From a bacterium (GTDB taxonomy: Bacteria > Hydrothermota > 32-111): a stretch of DNA of 11,940 bases. This document shows, in pieces, positions 1-7,255 of the stretch. Within the stretch, counting starts at the first letter, position 1; each line of letters opens with the position of its first letter. The DNA is taken from NCBI GenBank assembly GCA_050239825.1, contig JBFXGO010000051.1:1-11940 (forward strand). Direction: 5' to 3'. A model generated the notes under the pieces. That model was not told the origin of the DNA. It ran no database searches and saw only the letters and a program-made list of their open reading frames with translations. The position numbers and the translations under genes were made by a program.

Positions 1-1587
1 CAAACCTCCGAAGAGGAGCTTATTTCGGCAGAAGAGGAGCTCAGAACTCAGGTTGAAGAGCTTGAATTGAGCCAAAAATCTTTGATGGAATCAGAGGAGA
101 AATTCAGAATTGCGCTCAAGAATGCAAACATCACGGTTTTTACGACAAACAGCATGCTTGAATACACTTGGGTTTATAATCCTCCCGCAGGATTGATTTC
201 TTCAAACATTATCGACAAGACCGACTTCCAGATACTGGAAAAGGAGCAGGCAAAAAGACTGATGGAAATCAAAGAGAGGGTTTTAAAGACAAGAGTACCT
301 GAAGAGTCTCAAATAGAAATTGAGCTTAGCGGAAGAAAGAGGTATTTTTCCTATAATGTAGAACCTATAAATGGCAAAGAGAATAAAATAATAGGTCTCA
401 TGTGCGCTACAATGGATATTACAGAGAGGCGCTCTCTTGAAGAAGAACTCTTTCAGGCATACAAAATGGAGGCTGTGGGTCAGCTTGCAGGCGGAGTGGC
501 TCATGATTTCAACAATATGCTTGCTGGAATAATGGGAAGTGCGGAGATGCTTCAGTACAAACTTGCAGGAGATGAGACCCTGCTGGTTTATGTGATAAAT
601 ATTTTAAAGGCATCGGAGCATGCCGCACGCTTAACGAGCCAGCTTCTTTCATTTGCGAGAAAAGGTCAATATCAGAGAATCCCTGTCTCAATCCACAGAA
701 TAATAGCAGATGTTGTAAGCATGCTTGAAAACACTATAGACAAAAAAATAACAATAGAACAAAATCTTAAAGCCAATCCAAGCACTGTTCTTGGAGACCC
801 GTCGCAGATTCAAAATGCAGTTCTCAATCTTGCCATAAATGCCAGAGATGCTTTTAAAGAGAATGTCGGCAAAATAATCATATCAACGGAAAATATACAT
901 CTGACGGGAGACTTTACGAGAAGATACATAAAGAATTCTATGGGCGGAGAATATCTGCTGTTAAAGGTTGAGGATAATGGCGCAGGAATGACAGATGAAG
1001 TGAAAAAACACCTCTTTGAACCCTTCTTCACCACCAAAGAGACAGGAAAAGGCACGGGATTGGGTCTCGCGTCGGTCTATGGAATTGTAAAAAATCACAA
1101 TGGCGTTATTGAAGCGGAATCGACAGAGGGAAAGGGCACTGTGATGAAGGTTTATATGCCTATATCATCAGTTGAACCGGTGGAGGTTGAAGAGATATAT
1201 CCGCTTGGGTCTTTCAACGGACTCGGAAAGACTGTACTTGTTGTGGACGATGAGGAGCTCATTAGAATGAATACCGAGGAGATCCTTCTGAAATACGGAT
1301 ACAGAGTGTTGAATGCGAAAAACGGAAGAGATGCGGTTGAAATATATAAAAAGAAATGCAACTCAATTGATATGGTAATGCTTGATATGATTATGCCTGA
1401 TATGGATGGAAGGGAGACCTTCGTCGAGCTTAAAAAGATAAAGTATGAAGTAAAGGTTCTTCTCTCAACCGGCTATTCGGCTGATGAGGAGGCTGATAAA
1501 ATGAGAGAGCTTGGAGTCAACGGATTCATACAGAAGCCCTTCAAAGCATCAGAGCTTCTGAAAAAAATGCACAATATTCTCAAATAG
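1..1587 (+). CDS. Hybrid sensor histidine kinase/response regulator (coiled coil-PAS-HisKA-HATPase_c-REC), 5'-truncated by the window edge
   Basis: Frame 1 is open from base 1 (QTSEEELISAEEELRTQVEELEL...), so the ORF-track TTG at 67 is probably not the real start. The PAS/PAC domain ends in 'MDITERR'. Kinase motifs: H-box 'AGGVAHDFNNML', N-box 'QNAVLNLAINARDA', G1 'DNGAGM', F-box 'FEPFFTTK', G2 'GTGLGL'. Receiver motifs: 'VLVVDDE', 'MLDMIMP', 'LLSTG', 'QKPF'. Stop TAG at 1585-1587. Confidence 0.95.
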   Translation, partial: QTSEEELISAEEELRTQVEELELSQKSLMESEEKFRIALKNANITVFTTNSMLEYTWVYNPPAGLISSNIIDKTDFQILEKEQAKRLMEIKERVLKTRVPEESQIEIELSGRKRYFSYNVEPINGKENKIIGLMCATMDITERRSLEEELFQAYKMEAVGQLAGGVAHDFNNMLAGIMGSAEMLQYKLAGDETLLVYVINILKASEHAARLTSQLLSFARKGQYQRIPVSIHRIIADVVSMLENTIDKKITIEQNLKANPSTVLGDPSQIQNAVLNLAINARDAFKENVGKIIISTENIHLTGDFTRRYIKNSMGGEYLLLKVEDNGAGMTDEVKKHLFEPFFTTKETGKGTGLGLASVYGIVKNHNGVIEAESTEGKGTVMKVYMPISSVEPVEVEEIYPLGSFNGLGKTVLVVDDEELIRMNTEEILLKYGYRVLNAKNGRDAVEIYKKKCNSIDMVMLDMIMPDMDGRETFVELKKIKYEVKVLLSTGYSADEEADKMRELGVNGFIQKPFKASELLKKMHNILK

Positions 1588-2086
1588 AGAGAGAATACTC
1601 AGTCCCCCTCTCTTTTTTATTTGCTCCTGCGGATGTAATCACTTCATCGTTTTCAATTATTTCAGCGATTACAATACAGCTTTTGATATTCTTCCATGTG
1701 TCTTTTTTCATAATTACTCTAATTTTCCCAAGAGATTTAAGAGTTATTCCCGAGTATGTCACAGTGTGATTCCGCACGCTTTCGTTGTCGGAAATAAAAG
1801 TCAACTTAATTGAAATAGTTCTTTCTATGGTTTGTGTGTTGATCATTCTAAGAGATATTGTATCGCAGACTGAAAAATCAACCACCTCAATACCGGGGGA
1901 TTTATGGGAAAGGAAGGAAGGGGTTATGGAGGAGGGATGTGAGGTTGATATTGAGGCGGCTGAATCTTTATTAATCGCAGGGAGGCGGATGATGACTTGA
2001 ATCGAAGTTGATGCCGAATCCGCATATATAATATTGGCAGTTAAAAGAACAAGAAGAAGCAAAAAAAGAGTTTTTTTATTTTTCAT
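1580..2086 (-). CDS. Hypothetical secreted protein (~168 aa): signal peptide, Ser-rich linker, beta-rich C-terminal domain
   Basis: ATG at 2086 follows a GAGGTG Shine-Dalgarno-like site (2090-2095). The N-terminus MKNKKTLFLLLLVLLTANIIYA/DS is a typical Sec/SPI signal. The 3' end overlaps the kinase 3' end by 8 nt (convergent genes). Confidence 0.7.
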   Translation of the reverse strand: MKNKKTLFLLLLVLLTANIIYADSASTSIQVIIRLPAINKDSAASISTSHPSSITPSFLSHKSPGIEVVDFSVCDTISLRMINTQTIERTISIKLTFISDNESVRNHTVTYSGITLKSLGKIRVIMKKDTWKNIKSCIVIAEIIENDEVITSAGANKKERGTEYSLSI

Positions 2087-2115
2087 AATCACCTCACTTT
2101 TATAAGTGATTTAAA

Positions 2116-2132
2116 TGCATATAGAGTGCCAA
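2116..2132 (-). promoter_or_regulatory. Sigma-54 (RpoN) -24/-12 promoter for the small secreted protein gene
   Basis: The minus strand reads TTGGCACTCTATATGCA, i.e. TGGCAC-N5-ATGCA with exact GG-N10-GC spacing. It lies about 30 nt upstream of the ATG at 2086, in an intergenic gap. Confidence 0.75.
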
Positions 2133-2201
2133 TCATAAAAGAGCGCAGACAGGATACTTGCGACAGAGCTGAGATTTATTAGTGTCATAAAAATAGAAAT
2201 A

Positions 2202-2219
2202 TGTAATAAAAAAATGACA
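2202..2219. promoter_or_regulatory. Candidate enhancer (UAS) for a sigma-54 activator, TGT-N12-ACA
   Basis: TGTAA-TAAAAAAA-TGACA is an imperfect palindrome about 105 nt upstream of the predicted sigma-54 start site. Its right end is also one arm of a wider GTGTCAT...ATGACAC inverted repeat (2182-2220). Confidence 0.45.
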
Positions 2220-2220
2220 C

Positions 2221-2246
2221 AAAAGCCCCCTCAAAAGGGGGCTTTT
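2221..2246 (-). terminator. Rho-independent terminator of the C25 peptidase gene
   Basis: AAAAGCCCCC-TCAAAA-GGGGGCTTTT is a perfect 10-bp inverted repeat with T-runs on both strands, 25 nt past the stop codon at 2272. Confidence 0.85.
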
Positions 2247-2271
2247 TCAAAGGGGGAAACAGGAAAAAAGT

Positions 2272-5200
2272 TCATCTGACTACAAGAATTTTCTTTTTTA
2301 AGAGAGTGTTTCTGCTATTTTGAACCGAAACAAAGTATTCTCCGCTTGGAAGATTCTGAAGATTTTTTCCATAGCTCTTCTCTTTTGAGGAAAGCAAGAA
2401 TTCGGATACATTCTGTCCGAGAATATTGACTATATTAACCGAGAGGTCTTCATTTGAAGATAAGTATAAAAACTCTACTGTGTTTCTTACAAGAGTATTC
2501 TTTATTGAAACAAAATCTTTCTTCATAATTGCGGCGGCTGGTTTGTCTTCATTCTCTGATTTAAGCAGAAAGCCGCTGACAAATGATGTGTTCCTCGAAT
2601 CATAGAGTGTCTTGGAAAAGGCAATGCCTCCCGCCGCGGATGTCTCGGAGTATGTGTCAATCTTAAATATCTCTCCGGCATAGTCTCTTACAACAAGAGA
2701 GGGCTTCATCTCTCCTTTAAAATCAATGACTATGGGCGATGTTGTGACAATTTCGCCGAATCTCACAAACTGCTGAAAGAGAGGAGCAAGCTGTTGATTG
2801 TATACAGCTATATTGCCGTTTCTCATGACGAATACGAAATCCTCCCTGTAGTCGCCGTTGAAATCATAGATAACCATCTCATTGTAAGTGTTGGTCATAA
2901 CTCCCGTGCTGAGAAAAGAGATTCTCGCGCCGCTGTTGTTTATCACATATATATTTCCATTTATATCCGAAAAAATCATTTCAAGGTTGTGGTCATTTCC
3001 GATATCAAAAAGGCGCGGGGTCTGATAGATTCCGCTCAGGCATGAATGAGGAAATCCGCCTCTCACCTGACCGTTTTCATTTATCACAAATAATTTTCCC
3101 GAAGCCGTGCCGATAATTACATCAAGGCGGGTGTCAGAATCAATATCAGTCAGAATAAGAGGTATGGTTGTGACAAGTCCTGTCTTAAAAGGAAATCCCG
3201 ACCTCTGATTGCCTTCGAAATCATAGGAGTAGATATTGCCGTAATAGTCATTTAAAAATATCATTCTGTTCTCTTCAGACAATGCTATTCCCCAGACATT
3301 CAATATTGCTTTTGTGAATGCACTGTATTTAGACAAATCATGCTTCAATACAGTGAAGTATTTTGAGGAACCGAGAAGAATCTCATTGTATAAGTCATCA
3401 TCGATATTTGCAATTACAGGAGACGCTGTGAGAACTCCGAGAGAGCAGATAGCCTCAATCCTCCTTGAAGAGAGCATGGGATTGAAAATAACAAATGCGG
3501 ATGTGTCGGATTTGGCAGAACCGTTGCCTATGACAATGTCCAGAGAACCGTTCATGTCAATGTCTCCAATTACAGGAGTGGTCTCATTATGCGGAGTCGT
3601 GTATAGAGTGAAGGGCGTTATATCTTCAAGTTTATCATTCATTATCCACAACCTGCCGTCATCTGCAAGGGTCACTATCTCTTTTACTCCGTTAAAATCA
3701 AGGTCTGCCGAATTCATTGAAGAGCGGGCAAAGTATCTTTTCCCGTCGATGGTGCCGTAGAATGAACCGCTTAGATTGCACAGTGATTTTTTTGCAGTAA
3801 CATAAACATCCGCGGATACAACGGATGAAGTATCTACAATCCTTCCAAGGTTATCCCTGAAAACCGCGAAATACCGGTTTGTTCCGATAATCTGGGCTGT
3901 GTCCTTGAAAACAATCTCTCCCGCTGAAAGTTTGCCAACAAGAAAGAATGCGTCGGAAAGAGGGTCTGATTTGAAAATCTCCGTCGAATAGTCCGTCTGC
4001 TTCATATATAGTGTGATGCTGTTAAGTTCAACGTCTGCATAAATAGCGATGTCTGTATCTACAGGCAAGCCCCTGACGATAAAAGTATCTGTTCTGAGCG
4101 AGTGCGAGAAAGCAACGGAATAGACAGCATTTTTTGCGTCAAATGACTGAGAATATTTCTTGATTTTAATGTCTGTGAGTTGAATCAAGCTGTCCTCCCA
4201 GAGACTGATGTCAAAAAACGAATCAATGACAGAAATCTCCGAAGAGAGGGATGTGATTTTAGCAGAGACTTTAGTTAATGTGTCGGAGACGGATTTTGAA
4301 ATCACGATGGTCTCAATAAACGGAGTATCATTCTTAGGAAACGAAATGCCGTTTACATAAAAATGCTCTGCTTCAAGAATTAGAGCGAGTGAGTCGGAAA
4401 AAGTGAATTCAGGCGATGATATCTCATATCCTATTTTTTTTACAGTTGTAAATTTTGGTCTCTTGTAATAATACAGAGTGCACTCCTCTGCGCGAATCTC
4501 TCCGGGCATCAAACGAATCTCTTTTATGTCTCTGTTGAAAAAGAACAGTGAGTCATCTCCGCCGATATGTATGTCGGTTAAAAGTACGGAAGTGTCGGTT
4601 ACATTAGCAATATCTATGCTGATATACAAGTCATCTTTGATACAAGCATTGCTCAGGTTAATAACCTGCGCGGAAGTGCAAAAAACAGAATCGATGACAG
4701 GGATATAATTCTTCTTCGAAGCTCCGATTTTAATTTTTCCGGAGAGAGAGCCCGGAAGAACAACCGCTCTGCCTGAAGCATCGGTGAAAATTCTGATATA
4801 ACTGTCTTTGTCGACTACAGCGACAAGAGCGCCCTGAACGGGTCCGTTTTGGTCTGCCACCAGTATCACGAGTGTGTCTCTTGAAGAGATACTATCAGGG
4901 CTCTCAATTAATAATGCTACAGGCTCCTTAGTATATATTGGCATTGTTGCAAAACCTATCATGTTGACTGCGACTCTGAAGTAGATGCAGTTGTCAATAA
5001 GAGCAAACCTGAAAGCATCACCCACGAACATTGTGCTATCGTCTGTGATCATTTTCCAGTATCTGTTCATTAAACTCTGTGAGCTTGTCCATCCGGTTCT
5101 TGTGAATCCTACAATGTTTGCTATACTGCTCTTTGTTGACAGCAGAAGTCCGTTTGAAGCTGACTCTCTGTCATAGCCGTTTGCAGAACACCCCATTGTA

Positions 5201-6534
5201 AACATAATGGAATAGACTGAAGAATTGGCTGAAATAAGGTTTGTATCCTGAGAGTTGTATTCTGTCCTTGTATCAAGGTTTCCTGTTCCCAGATAAAACT
5301 CGCTTGAATGGTCTATGTGGTTTATCAGGTGGTGGCCTGCCGATATTTCGTTCGTGAAATTCGCTCTGTTGAGCTGAAGGTCTCCGATATAGGAGGAGGG
5401 GGTATTGAATGTGTCAACAGTCGGAGCATACAGTTTGGTATTTGAAAAATCCTTTATATTGTCCATTGAAACAAGCATTTCTGTCATCAACTGTCCGTTT
5501 CCATCCGACAAATCGGAAAGCAATGATGCTCCGCAGTGCAGGAATGATTTTATTCTTGAAGGATTATTTAAATATATGTAGCCGTAGAATTTATTTAGAA
5601 GATTTGATAATTCAATTTCATTTTTAAAGGGCAGTCTTGAAACTGTTATATCCGGAAATCCATCCTCTATATCGCTCATAAGCTCTCCAATATCACCATC
5701 TTTATCCATATTCCAGCCCCCGTTCATATCGGCATAGTAGAGGTCTGTAGGTATATATCCCTGATGAAAGTAAATTTCCGAGTAAGACATGCGAACAGGG
5801 ACTATGTTTGCTCCGCCTGCCAAAAGAACAAATCTGATGCCTTTGCTTAGGTACTGAACTTTGATGTAGTTTCGTATTTTTTCCTGTTTGTCTGTTCCTG
5901 CAAAAAGAGAGTAAATGCTCTCTACAAGCATAATAGATGTCTTGATTCCCATTAGGTTCTCATATTCGCAGAAATTAATAAGCGAATCTGCAAATCTCTC
6001 AGAGGTTATGATTATCATATCAAGAGTTGATGTGTCGGAAATTGCTTTTTGAATGTTGAGGCCTTTAGAACTATAGAAGCTCCTGTCGAATCTGCTTATT
6101 TTGGATTCATCGTTATTCACCTCATACGATATTATCGCCGATACAGCGCTTGCAGTGTCAGAGTTTAAGAAGGGGAAAAATGATACGATGATAACAGTCG
6201 AATTAGAGATATGGCATTCGGATACAGAGACTCTTTCAAGAGGAGCTTCGTGAAAGAAAGAATCGTTGTTTTGAGTTGCATAATCAGGTTTCGCAATAGG
6301 AATGAATGAATTTGAAACAGAGTTTCTCTCAAGAATGTATTTTACATCTGTTATCTGTATATTGAGGGGAATTTCTATTCGCTTCTCTATCATTACATCT
6401 GCAGACTTTGTTTTGAGAATTGAATAGTTATTATCCGATATTTCTCTATCTGTATTTATTTCAACCGAAATCTCATCTGCAGTCGTACAGATGAAGAAAG
6501 AGAGAGTGAAAAGAACTAAGAAAATTTTTTTCAT
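2272..6534 (-). CDS. Gingipain-like C25 family cysteine peptidase with FG-GAP/VCBS-like repeats and a T9SS type A-like C-terminal sorting domain (~1420 aa)
   Basis: The start is reassigned to ATG 6534, which has AGGAGG at 6539-6544 and a signal peptide (MKKIFLVLFTLSFFICTTA). C25 motifs: 'MIIITSERF', 'IRNYIK', 'FVLLAGG..IVP', 'PTDLYYADMNG', 'PDITVSRLP'. Candidate catalytic His in 'NHIDHS' (5308-5310) and Cys in 'TMGCS' (5188-5190). DxDxxG-type repeats (ADLDFNGVKEIV, GDIDMNGSLDIV, ANIDDDLYNEIL, TDIDSDTRLDVI, YDFNGDYREDFV) lie at about 2690-3720. The C-terminus reads 'IVNILGQNV...NLPSGEYFV...KKILVVR'. Confidence 0.9.
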   Translation of the reverse strand: MKKIFLVLFTLSFFICTTADEISVEINTDREISDNNYSILKTKSADVMIEKRIEIPLNIQITDVKYILERNSVSNSFIPIAKPDYATQNNDSFFHEAPLERVSVSECHISNSTVIIVSFFPFLNSDTASAVSAIISYEVNNDESKISRFDRSFYSSKGLNIQKAISDTSTLDMIIITSERFADSLINFCEYENLMGIKTSIMLVESIYSLFAGTDKQEKIRNYIKVQYLSKGIRFVLLAGGANIVPVRMSYSEIYFHQGYIPTDLYYADMNGGWNMDKDGDIGELMSDIEDGFPDITVSRLPFKNEIELSNLLNKFYGYIYLNNPSRIKSFLHCGASLLSDLSDGNGQLMTEMLVSMDNIKDFSNTKLYAPTVDTFNTPSSYIGDLQLNRANFTNEISAGHHLINHIDHSSEFYLGTGNLDTRTEYNSQDTNLISANSSVYSIMFTMGCSANGYDRESASNGLLLSTKSSIANIVGFTRTGWTSSQSLMNRYWKMITDDSTMFVGDAFRFALIDNCIYFRVAVNMIGFATMPIYTKEPVALLIESPDSISSRDTLVILVADQNGPVQGALVAVVDKDSYIRIFTDASGRAVVLPGSLSGKIKIGASKKNYIPVIDSVFCTSAQVINLSNACIKDDLYISIDIANVTDTSVLLTDIHIGGDDSLFFFNRDIKEIRLMPGEIRAEECTLYYYKRPKFTTVKKIGYEISSPEFTFSDSLALILEAEHFYVNGISFPKNDTPFIETIVISKSVSDTLTKVSAKITSLSSEISVIDSFFDISLWEDSLIQLTDIKIKKYSQSFDAKNAVYSVAFSHSLRTDTFIVRGLPVDTDIAIYADVELNSITLYMKQTDYSTEIFKSDPLSDAFFLVGKLSAGEIVFKDTAQIIGTNRYFAVFRDNLGRIVDTSSVVSADVYVTAKKSLCNLSGSFYGTIDGKRYFARSSMNSADLDFNGVKEIVTLADDGRLWIMNDKLEDITPFTLYTTPHNETTPVIGDIDMNGSLDIVIGNGSAKSDTSAFVIFNPMLSSRRIEAICSLGVLTASPVIANIDDDLYNEILLGSSKYFTVLKHDLSKYSAFTKAILNVWGIALSEENRMIFLNDYYGNIYSYDFEGNQRSGFPFKTGLVTTIPLILTDIDSDTRLDVIIGTASGKLFVINENGQVRGGFPHSCLSGIYQTPRLFDIGNDHNLEMIFSDINGNIYVINNSGARISFLSTGVMTNTYNEMVIYDFNGDYREDFVFVMRNGNIAVYNQQLAPLFQQFVRFGEIVTTSPIVIDFKGEMKPSLVVRDYAGEIFKIDTYSETSAAGGIAFSKTLYDSRNTSFVSGFLLKSENEDKPAAAIMKKDFVSIKNTLVRNTVEFLYLSSNEDLSVNIVNILGQNVSEFLLSSKEKSYGKNLQNLPSGEYFVSVQNSRNTLLKKKILVVR

Positions 6535-6563
6535 TTTTCCTCCTTTGACAATGCCATTGCAGG

Positions 6564-6579
6564 TCAAAAAGAGTGCCAG
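6564..6579 (-). promoter_or_regulatory. Candidate sigma-54 promoter for the C25 peptidase gene (non-canonical -12)
   Basis: The minus strand reads CTGGCACTCTTTTTGA, i.e. GG-N10-GA (TTGA instead of TTGC). It shares TGGCACTCT with the promoter at 2116-2132 and sits about 30 nt upstream of the ATG. Confidence 0.5.
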
Positions 6580-6630
6580 ACGTAAGATGCGAAAAAAAAT
6601 ATAGATAGGAACGATTTGAGGGGGTTGTTT

Positions 6631-6648
6631 TGTAACGCATTCATTACA
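6631..6648. promoter_or_regulatory. Palindromic operator/enhancer TGTAA-N8-TTACA
   Basis: TGTAA-CGCATTCA-TTACA has the same 18-bp geometry as the site at 2202-2219 and lies about 90 nt upstream of the predicted sigma-54 start site. Confidence 0.5.
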
Positions 6649-6727
6649 TTTGAAAAAAGAGGATACTAAAATTGCGTTCACAATGGCTGTATTGTTTATT
6701 GGCGGCTGAAGTGGGCAGCCGAATAGC

Positions 6728-6998
6728 GTAGCGTCGGCTCACACACTCCGCTTCGCCGCTTAATCAAGATGGGTTAGCGGAGCAAGGAGACGCCCACTTG
6801 ATGGGCGTCTTCGCGGAGCGTCCTCGCCGACTTTGAGCTTTCACTTTCAATAAGAATTGATTTGCTTGTCCTCGGAAAAACATTGAATAGCAGTGCGGAG
6901 ATGCACTGGAATTTTTCCTCGGAACTGTAAAGGCAAGTTATTTAATCAACTCCCCGTATTAAGCTCATGGCACATGGCTCAAGGCTGACTTAGTGGCT
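6728..6998. repeat. Modular intergenic repeat, unit 1: block A (6728-6773) + variable insert (6774-6877) + block B (6878-6998)
   Basis: Block A matches 7009-7054 at 45/46 nt. Block B matches 7087-7214 with scattered substitutions and one 7-nt indel. Confidence 0.95.
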
Positions 6999-7008
6999 AC
7001 ACGCGGGT

Positions 7009-7214
7009 GTAGCGTCGGCTCGCACACTCCGCTTCGCCGCTTAATCAAGATGGGATGTTGTGGGGACACACCGTAGGAATGTCCCCAAACATTGAATAGC
7101 AGTGCGGAGATGCACTGGAATTTTTCCTCGGAACTTTAAAGGCAAGTTATTTACTCATCTCTCCGTATTTTGCTCATAGCACATGGCTCACGGCTCAGGG
7201 CTGATTTAGTGGCT
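7009..7214. repeat. Modular intergenic repeat, unit 2: block A (7009-7054) + hairpin insert (7055-7086) + block B (7087-7214)
   Basis: Direct repeat of the unit 1 blocks with a different, shorter insert that folds as ATGTT-g-TGGGGACA/TGTCCCCA-AACAT (the 3' arm runs into block B). Confidence 0.95.
7170..7204 (+). repeat. Heptamer tandem tract (NNGCTCA)x5; the matching tract in unit 1 (6961-6988) has 4 units
   Basis: ttgctca|tagcaca|tggctca|cggctca|gggctga versus aagctca|tggcaca|tggctca|aggctga. Confidence 0.8.
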
Positions 7215-7255
7215 GACCAACATAGTAGCTCGTCGGTATTTGAAAATACGCCCAC

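Noticed and set aside
1586..1618. AGAGAG...CTCTCT plus T-run as a terminator for the kinase gene
   Set aside because: The stem is weak with a long loop and lies inside the opposite-strand CDS; not supportable.
6535..6681. 49-codon N-terminal extension of the C25 ORF given in the ORF track
   Set aside because: ATG 6534 has a strong AGGAGG and begins a signal peptide; the extension overlaps predicted promoter elements.
6749..6779. Integron attC-like right half (CGCTTCGC...GCTTAAT...GTTAGCG)
   Set aside because: No matching RYYYAAC left box upstream, the L'-R' spacing is too long, the GTTAG is absent in copy 2, and there is no cassette ORF or integrase.
6759..6935. Tandem riboswitch (SAM-I 'ATCAAGA', cobalamin 'AACTGTAA' or c-di-GMP 'AAAGGCAA' fragments)
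   Set aside because: Only isolated short words match; the other required conserved elements are missing, and AACTGTAA is mutated in copy 2. An Rfam cmscan would settle it.
6968..6985. TGGCAC on the + strand as a third sigma-54 promoter
   Set aside because: There is no GC at the -12 position (GG-N10-AA); it is part of the heptamer tract and reads TAGCAC in copy 2.
6728..7214. CRISPR array interpretation of the repeat
   Set aside because: There are only two full units, the repeats are 46 and ~121-128 nt, the inserts are very unequal (104, 10 and 32 nt), and no cas genes are in the window.
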